From the NCBI GenBank assembly GCA_963828255.1, contig CAWHDZ010000015.1, positions 128,001 to 192,000 of the forward strand: DNA of 64,000 bases, given 5' to 3'. Positions 20,918-32,745 of this stretch are shown piece by piece. Numbering within the stretch: position 1 is the first letter of the stretch; each line of letters begins with the position of its first letter. Below the pieces are notes generated by a model. That model had not been told where the DNA came from, did no database searches, and was given only the letters and a program-made list of their open reading frames with translations. The translations under genes were made by a program, and so were the position numbers. The DNA is from an uncultured delta proteobacterium (GTDB lineage Bacteria; Myxococcota; Myxococcia; Myxococcales; Anaeromyxobacteraceae).

Positions 20918-23773
20918 ATGGCGCGAGAGGCCCGACCCGATCACCTGACGCTCCCCGAGCCGCACCGCCGGTTCTGGGACGAGGCGTCGTCGTTCCTCGC
21001 AGCTGACCGCATGATGTGCGACCCGTTCCGGACGCTGGCCTTCGGGACCGACGCCAGCTTCTACCGGCTCATTCCCCGCATCGTCGTGAAGGCCTTCTCG
21101 CAGGGCGAGGTGTCGCGGCTGGTGGCCCTGGCGTCGCGCCTCGGGATCAACCTGACCTTCCGGGCGGCGGGCACGAGCCTCTCCGGCCAGGCCATCTCCG
21201 ACTCGGTGCTGGTGGTGCTGGCGGGCGGGTTCCGCGGCTGGCGGATCGAGCAGGGCGGCGAGCGCATCGTCCTCGAGCCCGGGGTCATCGGCGCCGAGGC
21301 CAACGCCTTCCTGGCCCCGCTGGGGAGGAAGATCGGACCCGACCCGGCCTCCATCAACGCCTGCATGATCGGCGGCATCGTCGCCAACAACGCCGCCGGC
21401 ATGTGCTGCGGCACGGCGCAGAACAGCTACCAGACGGTTCAGGGGATGCGTCTCGTCCTGGCCGACGGCACCGAGGTGGACACCGCCGACCCGGCCTCCC
21501 GGCAGCGGCTGCGCGAGACCCACGCCGCGCTCCTCGACGGGCTGGCCGCCATCCGCGACGAGATCGCCGCCGACGAGCAGCTCTCCCGGCGCATCCGCGA
21601 GAAGTACCGGATCAAGAACACCACCGGATACTCCATCAACTCCTTCGTGGACCACCACGACCCGGTGGACATCCTGCTGCACCTCATGGTGGGCTCGGAG
21701 GGGACGCTCGCCTTCATCTCCGAGGTGACGCTGCAGACCGTCCCCGAACACCCGCACAAGGCCAGCGCGCTGGTGCTCTTCCCCGACATCGAGCAGGCCG
21801 CCGTGGCCACCCAGCGGCTGCGCGGCGGGCCGGTGTCGGCGGTGGAGCTGATGGACCGGGCCTCGATCCGGTCGGTGCAGGAGAAGCCGGGCATGCCGCC
21901 GGGCCTGGCCGAGCTGGGGCCGACCGCCTGCGCGCTGCTCGTGGAGACGCGCGCCGCCGTCCGGGCCGAACTCATGAAGCAGGCCGAGGAGGCCGCGCGC
22001 CTGGTGGACGACGTGAAGAAGCTCCACCCGGTGAAGTTCACCGACGTGAAGGCCGAGCAGGAGAAGATCTGGGACGTGCGCAAGGGGCTCTTCCCGGCGG
22101 TGGGCGGCGCCCGCAAGATCGGCACCACCGTGGTCATCGAGGACGTGGCCTTCCCCATCGAGAACCTGGCGGCGGGCACGGTCTTCCTCGAGAAGGCCAT
22201 GCGGCAGCACGGCTACGCCGAGGGGATCATCTTCGGCCACGCCCTCGACGGCAACCTCCACTTCACCTTCACCCAGGACTTCGGGATCCCCGCCGAGGTG
22301 TCCCGCTACGAGTCGCTGATGGAGGAGGTCTGCGACGTGGTGGTGAAGCGCTTCGACGGGTCGCTCAAGGGGGAGCACGGCACCGGCCGCAACATGGCCC
22401 CCTTCGTCGAGCGCGAATGGGGCGCCAAGGCCTACGGCCTCATGCAGCGGCTCAAGGCGCTCTTCGACCCGAAGGGCATCCTCAATCCCGGCGTGATCCT
22501 CAACGCCGACCCCAAGGCCTACCTCAAGGACCTGAAGCCGCTGCCCCCGGTCGACCCGCTGGTGGACAAGTGCATCGAGTGCGGCTTCTGCGAGCCCAAG
22601 TGCCCTTCACGCCCGGTGACGAGCACCCCGCGCCAGCGCATCACCACGCAGCGGGAGATCGCCCGGCTGGAGCGGACCGGCGAGGACCCGGCCCGGCGCG
22701 ACCGGCTGGTGGAGGACTTCGTCTACCTGGGCGAGCAGACCTGCGCCACCGACGGCCTGTGCGCCACCGCCTGCCCGGTCTCCATCGACACCGGCGAGTA
22801 CGTGAAGGAACTGCGCCGCGCCGGCTGGTCGGAGAAGGCGCGCGGCCGGGCCCGGCGGCTGGCCGACGACTTCGCCGGCACCGAGGCCTGGGCGCGGCGT
22901 GGCCTGGCGGCCGCCGACGCGGCCCACGCGGTGCTGGGGACGCGCCTCATGGGGGCGATCGCCCGCGGCGCGCGCGGCGTGGTGGGCGAGTGGCTGCCTG
23001 CCTGGAACGAGGCCATGCCCCGGGCGGCCCCGGCGACGCGGCTCGAGACCATCCGGCGCGGGAAGGGGAGGCAGGTGGTCTACTTCCCCTCGTGCATCAG
23101 TCGCACCATGGGAGCAGCGCGGAGCGACACCGACGGGCGCGCCATCTTCGAGGCCACACTGTCGCTGCTCGGAAAGGCCGACTACGACGTGATCTTCCCC
23201 GAGGCCCTCGACTCGCTCTGCTGCGGCCTGGCCTTCGACTCCAAGGGGTTCCGCGAGGTGGCCGACGCCAAGTCGGAGGAGCTGGAGCGCGCCCTCGACA
23301 CCGCCAGCGAGGGGGGGCGCATCCCCATCCTCTGCGACACCAGCCCCTGCCTGCAGCGCATGCGCAAGAAGATGGACGCGAAGCTCCTCCTGCTCGAGCC
23401 GGCCGAGTTCATCCACGACCACCTGCTCGACAAGGTCTCGGTCCGGAAGCTGCCCGACAAGGTGGCGGTCCACGTCACCTGCAGCACCACCAAGATGGGG
23501 GTGGGAGGGAAGCTCGAGGCGGTCGCCCGGGCCTGCGCCGCCGAGGTGGTGATCCCGCCGCGGGTGGGCTGCTGCGGCTTCGCCGGCGACCGCGGCTTCT
23601 CCCACCCGGAGCTGAACGCGGCCGCGCTCTCCGAGCTGGCCTCCGGCGTGAAGGGCTGCACCGAGGGGGTCTCCAACAGCCGCACCTGCGAGATCGGCCT
23701 CATGCTCCACGCCGGGATCCCGTACCGGTCCATCGTCTTCCTGGCCGATCGGGCCGCTTCCCGGAAGGGGTGA
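20918..23773 (+). CDS. FAD-linked Fe-S D-lactate dehydrogenase (Dld-II type)
   Basis: TDASFY, FRAAGTSLSGQA, GPDPAS, GHALDGNLH, KGEHGTG, CIECGFCE, CATDGLCATACP, CCG motifs; adjacent to lldEFG. Confidence 0.85.
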   Translation: MAREARPDHLTLPEPHRRFWDEASSFLAADRMMCDPFRTLAFGTDASFYRLIPRIVVKAFSQGEVSRLVALASRLGINLTFRAAGTSLSGQAISDSVLVVLAGGFRGWRIEQGGERIVLEPGVIGAEANAFLAPLGRKIGPDPASINACMIGGIVANNAAGMCCGTAQNSYQTVQGMRLVLADGTEVDTADPASRQRLRETHAALLDGLAAIRDEIAADEQLSRRIREKYRIKNTTGYSINSFVDHHDPVDILLHLMVGSEGTLAFISEVTLQTVPEHPHKASALVLFPDIEQAAVATQRLRGGPVSAVELMDRASIRSVQEKPGMPPGLAELGPTACALLVETRAAVRAELMKQAEEAARLVDDVKKLHPVKFTDVKAEQEKIWDVRKGLFPAVGGARKIGTTVVIEDVAFPIENLAAGTVFLEKAMRQHGYAEGIIFGHALDGNLHFTFTQDFGIPAEVSRYESLMEEVCDVVVKRFDGSLKGEHGTGRNMAPFVEREWGAKAYGLMQRLKALFDPKGILNPGVILNADPKAYLKDLKPLPPVDPLVDKCIECGFCEPKCPSRPVTSTPRQRITTQREIARLERTGEDPARRDRLVEDFVYLGEQTCATDGLCATACPVSIDTGEYVKELRRAGWSEKARGRARRLADDFAGTEAWARRGLAAADAAHAVLGTRLMGAIARGARGVVGEWLPAWNEAMPRAAPATRLETIRRGKGRQVVYFPSCISRTMGAARSDTDGRAIFEATLSLLGKADYDVIFPEALDSLCCGLAFDSKGFREVADAKSEELERALDTASEGGRIPILCDTSPCLQRMRKKMDAKLLLLEPAEFIHDHLLDKVSVRKLPDKVAVHVTCSTTKMGVGGKLEAVARACAAEVVIPPRVGCCGFAGDRGFSHPELNAAALSELASGVKGCTEGVSNSRTCEIGLMLHAGIPYRSIVFLADRAASRKG

Positions 23774-23779
23774 GGCGCC

Positions 23780-24532
23780 ATGGGAAAGGTCGGGCTCTTC
23801 ATCCCCTGCTACGTGGACCAGTTCTTCCCCCGGGTGGGGCTGGCCACGCTGCGCGTCCTGCGGGCCCTGGGGCTCGAGGTCGAGTACCCGCGCGACCAGA
23901 CCTGCTGCGGGCAGCCCATGTACAACACCGGCTGCTCCCGGGAGGCCAGGCCGCTGGCCGAGCGGTTCGTGCGCCTCTTCGCGGGCTACGAGGCGGTGGT
24001 GGCCCCGTCGGCGAGCTGCGTGGCGATGGTGAAGCTGCACTATCCGGGGCTGCTCGGCGACACCGACGAGGTGAGGCGGCTGGCCGGGAAGACCTTCGAT
24101 CTCTCCGAGTACCTGGTGGACGTGGTCAAGGTGACCCGGGTCGAGGGCGAGTACGCGAAGAAGGTGGGGCTGCACCGCAGCTGCCACGGCATCCGCGAGC
24201 TGCGCGAGTCGAGCTCGAGCGAGCGCATGGACGCCCCGTTCGACAAGACCCGGCAGCTGGTCTCGCAGCTGCGCGGCATCGAGCTGGTGGCGCTGGACCG
24301 GCCCGACGAGTGCTGCGGCTTCGGCGGCACGTTCGCGGTCACCGAGGAGGCGGTCTCCTGCATGATGGGGCGCGACCGCATCGCCGACCACGTCCGGGCC
24401 GGCGCCGAGGTCATCGCAGGCTACGACATGTCCTGCCTGATGCACCTCGACGGGCTGGCCCGGCGCGACGGGACGAAGCTCCCCATCGTGCACGTGGCCG
24501 AGATGCTCGAGAAGGCGAGGCTCTCCCGGTGA
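23780..24532 (+). CDS. lldE: L-lactate utilization protein LutA/LldE
   Basis: FIPCYVD, QTCCGQP, SCHG, ECCGFGGTF, SCLMH. Confidence 0.88.
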   Translation: MGKVGLFIPCYVDQFFPRVGLATLRVLRALGLEVEYPRDQTCCGQPMYNTGCSREARPLAERFVRLFAGYEAVVAPSASCVAMVKLHYPGLLGDTDEVRRLAGKTFDLSEYLVDVVKVTRVEGEYAKKVGLHRSCHGIRELRESSSSERMDAPFDKTRQLVSQLRGIELVALDRPDECCGFGGTFAVTEEAVSCMMGRDRIADHVRAGAEVIAGYDMSCLMHLDGLARRDGTKLPIVHVAEMLEKARLSR

Positions 24533-25916
24533 TCCACTCCCACCCCGACAAGGCCCGGGCCTTCGTGGCCGACGACGAGCGGGCCCACTGGCACGACAAG
24601 GCCCTCTGGTTCGTCCGCGTGAAGCGCGACCGGGGCGCCGCCACCGTTCCGGAGTGGGAGGCCCTGCGCACCGCCGCGGAGGGCATCAAGGCCCACACCC
24701 TGTCGCGGCTGGGCGCCTACCTGGAGGAGTTCGAGGCCAAGGCCGTCGCCAACGGCATCCAGGTGCACTGGGCGCGGGACGGTGAGGAGCACAACCGCAT
24801 CGTCCACGGGATCCTGGAGCGGCATCGCGTTACACTATTGGTGAAGTCAAAGTCGATGCTCACCGAGGAGCTCCACCTGAACCCGTACCTCGAGGCCCGG
24901 GGCATCGAGGTGGTGGACACCGACCTGGGGGAGCGCATCGTGCAGCTGGCCGGGGAGCCTCCCTCCCACATCGTCATGCCTGCCATCCACCGCAAGAAGG
25001 AGGAAATGGGGATCTCTTCCACGAGAAGCTGGGGACGCCCAAGGGGCTCTCCGACCCCACCGTCCTCACCGGGAAGGCGCGCGTGCACCTGCGCGAGAAG
25101 TTCCTCTCCGCCCAGGCCGGCCTCACCGGGGTGAACTTCGCCATCGCCGAGACCGGCGGCTTCGTGGTGGTCACCAACGAGGGCAACGCCGACATGGGCA
25201 CCACCTTGCCCCGCGTGCACGTGGCCTCCATGGGCATCGAGAAGGTGATCCCGCGCCTCGCCGACCTGGGGGTCTTCCTGCGGCTGCTGGCCCGCAGCGC
25301 CACCGGCCAGCCGGTTTCGTCCTACACCACCCACTTCCACGCCCCGCTCCCCGGCGGCGAGCTGCACGTGGTCATCGTGGACAGCGGGCGCTCGAAGATG
25401 CTCTCCGAGGCCCACCGGCGCAAGGCGCTCTCCTGCATCCGCTGCGGGGCCTGCCTCAACACCTGCCCGGTCTACCGGCGCAGCGGCGGGTACAGCTACA
25501 GCTACCTCATCCCCGGCCCCATCGGCTCGGTCCTGGGGCCCCATCGCGACCTGGCCGGCCACGCCAGCCTGCCCTTCGCCTCCAGCCTGTGCGGCTCCTG
25601 CACCGACGTCTGCCCGGTGAAGGTGGACCTGCACCACCAGCTGCTCGTGCTCCGGCAGGAGGCCGGCGAGGAGAAGCTGATCCCGCTGGGCAAGCGGCTG
25701 GGGATGAAGGCCGCCGCCTTCGCCATGGCGCGACCGGGGCTCTTCCGCGCCGGCGGGAGGTTCGCCCGATGGGTGCTGCGGGCTGCGCCGGGCATGGCGC
25801 GGTTCGGCCCTGCGGCGGTCTGGCTGCGGGGGCGCGAGCTTCCCGAGGCGCCCAGGGAGAGCTTCGCCGACCTCTACGACCGCGAGACGGCCGGGAAGCC
25901 GGAGGAGCGCTCGTGA
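24529..25916 (+). pseudogene. lldF: L-lactate utilization Fe-S protein LutB/LldF with a one-base deletion near 25007 (real or sequencing error)
   Basis: KSKSM, TDLGERIVQL, PSHIVMPAIH in one frame; TNEGN, CIRCGACLNTCP, SSLCGSCTDVCP in the next; adding one base gives KKEEIGDLFHEKLG. Confidence 0.85.
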
Positions 25917-26500
25917 CCGCCCGTGAAGCCATCCTGGCCGCGCTCCGCGCCTCCGGAGCCGAGCCGGTCGCCGCCCCCGCGCACCCGGTCCCGGTGAAGC
26001 AGGGCGATCCGGTCGCCCGCTTCCTCGAGTCGGTGACCGCGGTCGGCGGCCAGTCCTTCCGCGTGCCCGATCTGGCGGCGCTGGCGGCCGGGGTGTCGAA
26101 GCTCCCGGCCTGGTCCTCGCCCCGCCGGGTCTCGCTGGTGGACGGGATCCCCGGCGGGACGGTGGATCTCCAGGCGGTGACCGACCCGCACGAGCTCGCC
26201 GACCTCGACGTGGCCGCCATCCCGGGCGAGCTGGGGGTGGCCGAGAACGGGGCGGTCTGGATCAAGGGCGAGAGCCTGGGCCCCCACCGGGCGGTCTTCG
26301 TCATCCCCGAGCACCTGGTGCTCGTGGTGAACGCCGCCGACGTGGTGAACGACATGCAGGAGGCCTACGGGCGCATCACGCTGCCGCGCCCCGGCTACGG
26401 CGTCTTCGTGTCCGGCCCGTCCAAGACCGCCGACATCGAGCAGTCGCTGGTCATCGGCGCCCACGGCGCCCGATCCTGCGCGGTCTTCGTGGTCGGATAG
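25913..26500 (+). CDS. lldG: L-lactate utilization protein LutC/LldG (LUD domain)
   Basis: AREAILAAL, GVAENGAVW, SGPSKTADIEQSLVIGAHG. Confidence 0.88.
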   Translation: MTAREAILAALRASGAEPVAAPAHPVPVKQGDPVARFLESVTAVGGQSFRVPDLAALAAGVSKLPAWSSPRRVSLVDGIPGGTVDLQAVTDPHELADLDVAAIPGELGVAENGAVWIKGESLGPHRAVFVIPEHLVLVVNAADVVNDMQEAYGRITLPRPGYGVFVSGPSKTADIEQSLVIGAHGARSCAVFVVG

Positions 26501-26800
26501 CTACCGGAGCTTCTCCTCCACCGAGCGCATCTTGCCGGCGATGGTGTGCTCCTTGTCGCGCCGGTCGTCGATCTTGATGAGCGTGGAGACCCGGACCGCC
26601 CCCTCCTGGAACGGGGCCTCGTGCATGCGGCGGACGACGGCCAGGATGGCGTCGAGATCGCCCTCGACGATGGTCCCCATGGCGGTGAGCTGGTGGGTGA
26701 GGCCGCTCTCGCGGAGGATCCGCTGCACCCCGGCCACGTAGCGGGAGACGCTCGGGGTGGCCGTACCGATGGGGGTGATGGTCAGGAAGACGACGGCCAT
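26501..26800 (-). CDS. MTH1187/YkoF-like thiamine-binding family protein
   Basis: PIGT..PSVSRYVA, TAMGTIVEG, RVSTLIKIDDRRD, SVEEKL. Confidence 0.85.
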   Translation of the reverse strand: MAVVFLTITPIGTATPSVSRYVAGVQRILRESGLTHQLTAMGTIVEGDLDAILAVVRRMHEAPFQEGAVRVSTLIKIDDRRDKEHTIAGKMRSVEEKLR

Positions 26801-26816
26801 GCGAGACCCCTTCCGT

Positions 26817-27941
26817 TCATCCTTCGGAGACCCGCAGCACCTGGCGGCCGACGCGGACCAGGTCCCCGTCGCGCAGTTCCCGCTCGGTACGCGCTGGAAT
26901 GCGGACGAAGGTCCCGTTGGCGGACCCCAGGTCGCGCAGCCGGGCCGTCCCGTCCCCCTCGAGGAGCACCTCGGCGTGGGCCTGGGAGAGAAACGGGTCG
27001 TCGCCCAGGTTCACCGCGCAGCCGGCGCGTCCCAGCGTGACCGAAGGGCCGCTTCGCAGCCAGACCCGCCCGCTCACGCCGCCGGCCAGCCGCTCCTCGA
27101 GCAGCACGGCCTGCGCCGCGGGGCGCGGGGAGCCGAGGCGCCGCGTCCCGTCGGGCGCGGGAGGGGAGGGCGCGGGCAGGGGCCCGCCGAAGCGCAGGAG
27201 CCGGTCGCCGAGGGCGAAGGCGTCACCCGGACGGATGGGAACCGAGAGCCCGCGGAGGCGGAGGTAGGTCCCTCCGGCGGAGCCCTCGTCGCGCACGAAG
27301 AGGCGGCCGTCGCGCAGCGCGAAGGTGGCGTGCAGGGGGGCGAGCCAGGGGTCCTCGGGGAAGGGCAGGGAGGCGTCGGCGCTGCCGATGGTGGTCTCGG
27401 AGGCGATGAACTGCAGGCGCGATCCCTCCTTCCCGTCGCCACGCTCCAGGACGAGGTGGAACGGGGCGGCGCGCATCCACGTTTCGGTGCCGCCGCCCGG
27501 CGCGGCCGGCTCGAGCGCCACCGACTCGAAGGGAAGGAGGCCGGGGGCGGAGCGGCCCGGGACGTCGGGGAGAGGGGGCGGGGCGTCCGGATCGGGGATT
27601 GGCTCGAGGAGCTCGATGGGATCGGGGGTGGAGGTGGGCTCGAAGTCGGGGTCCTCGAGGAGGACCGCCTCGAAGTCGATGGGGGGAAGGTCGCGCGGAG
27701 GGTCCTCGCCGGCGGCGGCCGGGGCCGGTCCCGACGACAGGACCGGCGCCGGGGGACGGGGGCCCAGCGCCTCGCCGCAGGAGACGCAGGCGGCCGTGCC
27801 CGGCTCGTTGAAGGCGTCGCAGTTGCGGCAGACGCTCCCCAGGATGCCGGTGAGGCGGGACATCTCGATCTCGGCCCCGCAGGCCGGACACTCGGTCATG
27901 GCGGGGTCGAGCGGCGAATGGCAATGGAAGCACTGGAGCAA
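26817..27941 (-). CDS. Double zinc-ribbon plus tandem FHA domain protein (second paralog)
   Basis: CFHCH..CPACG..CRNCD..CVSCG; acidic/Pro linker; LGR...SQAHA...DLGSANGTF. Confidence 0.8.
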   Translation of the reverse strand: MLQCFHCHSPLDPAMTECPACGAEIEMSRLTGILGSVCRNCDAFNEPGTAACVSCGEALGPRPPAPVLSSGPAPAAAGEDPPRDLPPIDFEAVLLEDPDFEPTSTPDPIELLEPIPDPDAPPPLPDVPGRSAPGLLPFESVALEPAAPGGGTETWMRAAPFHLVLERGDGKEGSRLQFIASETTIGSADASLPFPEDPWLAPLHATFALRDGRLFVRDEGSAGGTYLRLRGLSVPIRPGDAFALGDRLLRFGGPLPAPSPPAPDGTRRLGSPRPAAQAVLLEERLAGGVSGRVWLRSGPSVTLGRAGCAVNLGDDPFLSQAHAEVLLEGDGTARLRDLGSANGTFVRIPARTERELRDGDLVRVGRQVLRVSEG

Positions 27942-28033
27942 CGGGAACCTCCGGTACGTTTCTACCCCGCGCCACCTCGGTGCTCAACGTCCTTGCCGCG
28001 ACGAGGCAGGGGGGGCTAGGCTGAAGGGCTCGA

Positions 28034-30202
<2,169 letters not shown>

Positions 30203-30228
30203 GTTCACCCCGTCACGAGGAGTTCGCC

Positions 30229-30744
30229 ATGCGAAGGACCATCGCCAGCCCCCACGCCCCGAAGGCCATCGGACCCTACAGCCAGGCGGTGGTGACCCAC
30301 CACGCCGACGACATCCAGATGCTCCACGCCGCCGGGCAGATCCCCATCGATCCGGCCACCGGCGACCTCGTGGCCGGCGACGTGACGGCCCAGGCCGAGC
30401 GGGTCATGGAGAACATCGCGGCGGTGCTGGCCCACGCCGGGATGGAGTTCTCCGACATCGTGAAGACCACGGTCTTCCTCCTGGACCTGGCCGACTTCGC
30501 GGCCATGAACGAGGTCTACGGCCGCCGCTTCCTGGGAGCGTTCCCGGCCAGGTCCACCATCCAGGTGGCGGGGCTGCCCAAGGGGTCGCGCATCGAGGTC
30601 GAGGTGCATGCGGTCAGGCATCCCCCTCCGGCGAGGCGCTCCGCGCCGAGCAAGGCCCGGGTCTCGCCCGCCAAGAAGTCGCCTCCCCGCAAGCGCGCCA
30701 GGAAGGCGAAGACAAGGCCGGCGCAGCGCCGGAAGGGTCGCTGA
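30229..30744 (+). CDS. RidA/YjgF family protein with basic C-terminal tail
   Basis: APKAIGPYSQAV, AGQIP, FAAMNEVY, PARSTIQVAGLPKG..IEVE. Confidence 0.9.
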   Translation: MRRTIASPHAPKAIGPYSQAVVTHHADDIQMLHAAGQIPIDPATGDLVAGDVTAQAERVMENIAAVLAHAGMEFSDIVKTTVFLLDLADFAAMNEVYGRRFLGAFPARSTIQVAGLPKGSRIEVEVHAVRHPPPARRSAPSKARVSPAKKSPPRKRARKAKTRPAQRRKGR

Positions 30745-30766
30745 AGCGCCGAGGCGCCGCCCCTTT

Positions 30767-30819
30767 CGGGGTGGGTCCCGCCTGTTTCGCCCGGGCGAAA
30801 CAGCGATGACCCATCCCCG
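30767..30819. repeat. Extended hairpin with perfect 22-bp palindrome between convergent genes (terminator or REP-like)
   Basis: CTGTTTCGCCCGGGCGAAACAG at 30782-30803 is self-complementary; outer arms CGGGGTGGGTC / GACCCATCCCCG. Confidence 0.7.
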
Positions 30820-30832
30820 CGCTTCTCCCGCG

Positions 30833-32557
30833 TCACCGCATCAACCCGTGCCTCTCCAGCTTGTAATAGAGGTTCCGCACGGTGATCCCCAGGCTCCTCG
30901 CGGTCGCCGCGCGGTTCCCCCGGTGCCTCGCCAGCGCTCCGTCCAGGAGCTGCCGCTCCCACTCCTTCTTCAGCTCCGCGAACCGGCGCGGAGGCTCGCC
31001 TGGCCCCGTCTCCGGCAGCGGCGCCCCCGCTCCCTCCGCCAGGTCGAAGTGCGCCCGGGTGATCACCTCTTCCCCCGGCTGCATGTGGATCACCGCCCGT
31101 CCGAGCAGGTTCTCCATCTCGCGCACGTTGCCCTTCCACGGATGGTCGAGGAGCAGGTCCACCGCATCCTGCGAGAGCCGAAGCGGGACCAGCCGGTACT
31201 CCGCGCAGATGCGGGCGAGCAGCGACCGGGCCAGCCCGGGGATGTCCTCGCGCCGCTCCCGCAGCGGCGGGATGCGGATGGGCATGACCGAGAGCCGGTA
31301 GAAGAGGTCCTGCCGGAAGCGGCCGCTCGCCACCAGCGTGTCGAGGTCGTCGTGGGTGGCGGCGACGAGCCGCACGTCCACCGGCCGCGGCGTGGACGAG
31401 CCGACCCGGACGATCTCCCTCTCCTGGAGCGCGCGCAGCAGCTTGGCCTGCGCCGCCAGCGGCGCGTCGGCGATCTCGTCGAGGAAGAGGGTGCCCCCGT
31501 CGGCCTCCTCGAAGTGACCGCGCTGCCCCTGCGGCCGGGCCCCGGTGAAGGCGCCCCCCTCGTAGCCGAAGAGGGCGCTCTCCAGCAGCGTGTCGGGGAT
31601 GGCTGCGCAGTTCACCCGGATGAACGCCTGCTCCCGCCGCTCGCTGGCGTGGTGGATGGCGTGGGCGAACATCTCCTTGCCGGTGCCGCTGTCGCCGAGG
31701 AGCAGGACGGTGGCCGGCGTGCGCGCCGCCCGCAGGGCGAGTTCCTTGGCCCGGGCCATGGACGGGCAGCCGCCGATGATGTCCTCGAAGGTGTGCTTCG
31801 ACTGGAGGCGGCGCAGCTGTTCCTTGGCCGAGGCCAGCTCCTCGGAGAGCCGCCGGATCTCCGAGACGTCGTGGATCACCCCCACGCTCCCGCGCAGCTC
31901 GCCGCCCACGAGCAGCGGTGCGGCGTTCACCACGACGTCCCTCTGGTTCGGTCCGACCTGGAGCCTGGCGCCGCGGATGGGCTTGCGGGTGCGCAGCACG
32001 CGGAGGTGGACGCTCTCCCCCTGCCGGATGTCCACGGTCACCGGCCGGTGGAGGACCGCCTCCTCGGAGAGCCCCATGAGCCTCGAGTAGGCCGGGTTCA
32101 CGAGCACGTAGTTGCCGTGCTCGTCGGAGACCGCGATGGCCTCCTCCGAGCAGCGGATGATGGCCTCGGAGAGCTCCCGCAGGTCCTGGAGGGTGCGCAC
32201 CTTGGCGGCCAGCTCCTGCACCTCGCCGACATCGCGGAAGATGGCGACCGCGCCCTCGACGGCGCCCGAGGCGTCGCGAACCACCATGCGGCTCGTGATG
32301 ATGGTGGTGGCGCCCACCTCCTGCCGCTGGTTCAGCTCGTCCTGGCCGGAGGCGAGCACGTGGGGGAGGCGGGTATTGGGCACCACATCCCGCACCGGCC
32401 GGCCGAGCGCCTCCTTCACCGGGCAGCCCACGATGGCCGCCGCCTGCTGGTTGAAGAGGACCACCTTGCCGGACGTGTCCACGGCGATGAGCCCCTCGAT
32501 GATGGAGTCGAGGATGGCAGCCACCTGCCGCATCGACATCGACGTCGCGATCGACAT
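30833..32557 (-). CDS. Sigma-54-dependent activator with two PAS domains and Fis-type HTH
   Basis: GDSGTGKE, NCAAIP, LFGYEGGAFTGA, LFLDEI, FRQDLFYRL, WKGNVRE, HTH. Confidence 0.93.
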   Translation of the reverse strand: MSIATSMSMRQVAAILDSIIEGLIAVDTSGKVVLFNQQAAAIVGCPVKEALGRPVRDVVPNTRLPHVLASGQDELNQRQEVGATTIITSRMVVRDASGAVEGAVAIFRDVGEVQELAAKVRTLQDLRELSEAIIRCSEEAIAVSDEHGNYVLVNPAYSRLMGLSEEAVLHRPVTVDIRQGESVHLRVLRTRKPIRGARLQVGPNQRDVVVNAAPLLVGGELRGSVGVIHDVSEIRRLSEELASAKEQLRRLQSKHTFEDIIGGCPSMARAKELALRAARTPATVLLLGDSGTGKEMFAHAIHHASERREQAFIRVNCAAIPDTLLESALFGYEGGAFTGARPQGQRGHFEEADGGTLFLDEIADAPLAAQAKLLRALQEREIVRVGSSTPRPVDVRLVAATHDDLDTLVASGRFRQDLFYRLSVMPIRIPPLRERREDIPGLARSLLARICAEYRLVPLRLSQDAVDLLLDHPWKGNVREMENLLGRAVIHMQPGEEVITRAHFDLAEGAGAPLPETGPGEPPRRFAELKKEWERQLLDGALARHRGNRAATARSLGITVRNLYYKLERHGLMR

Positions 32558-32579
32558 GGAATCTCCTGACCAGAGACGA

Positions 32580-32607
32580 TGAAATAATTAGCATGAAATG
32601 AATGACA
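32580..32607. promoter_or_regulatory. Candidate upstream activator sites (two tandem imperfect 14-bp palindromes)
   Basis: TGAAATAATTAGCA then TGAAATGAATGACA in an AT-rich island ~65-90 bp upstream of the -24/-12 element. Confidence 0.4.
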
Positions 32608-32670
32608 GTGAAGGTAGGATTGCTTCAAGCTAATCCATCCGTCTCTTGATCCACCGCAACGCCACGGACA

Positions 32671-32686
32671 TGGTCCGGAGGTTGCT
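32671..32686 (+). promoter_or_regulatory. Sigma-54 (-24/-12) promoter
   Basis: TGGTCCGGAGGTTGCT: GG-N10-GC with TTGCT, upstream of the operon divergent from a sigma-54 activator. Confidence 0.7.
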
Positions 32687-32745
32687 GAGGAAAGTCCTCG
32701 GGTGGCTCGTCGCTGGGCTACCGTGGACGTCGAACGGAGGAGCCG

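Noticed and set aside
4481..25134. Very long alternative-frame ORFs (e.g. 4624-7950, 4481-7072, 7196-9976, 11044-13971, 21016-25134)
   Set aside because: Arg/Pro/Gly-rich or antisense shadows of real genes, expected in high-GC DNA with few stop codons; no recognisable motifs.
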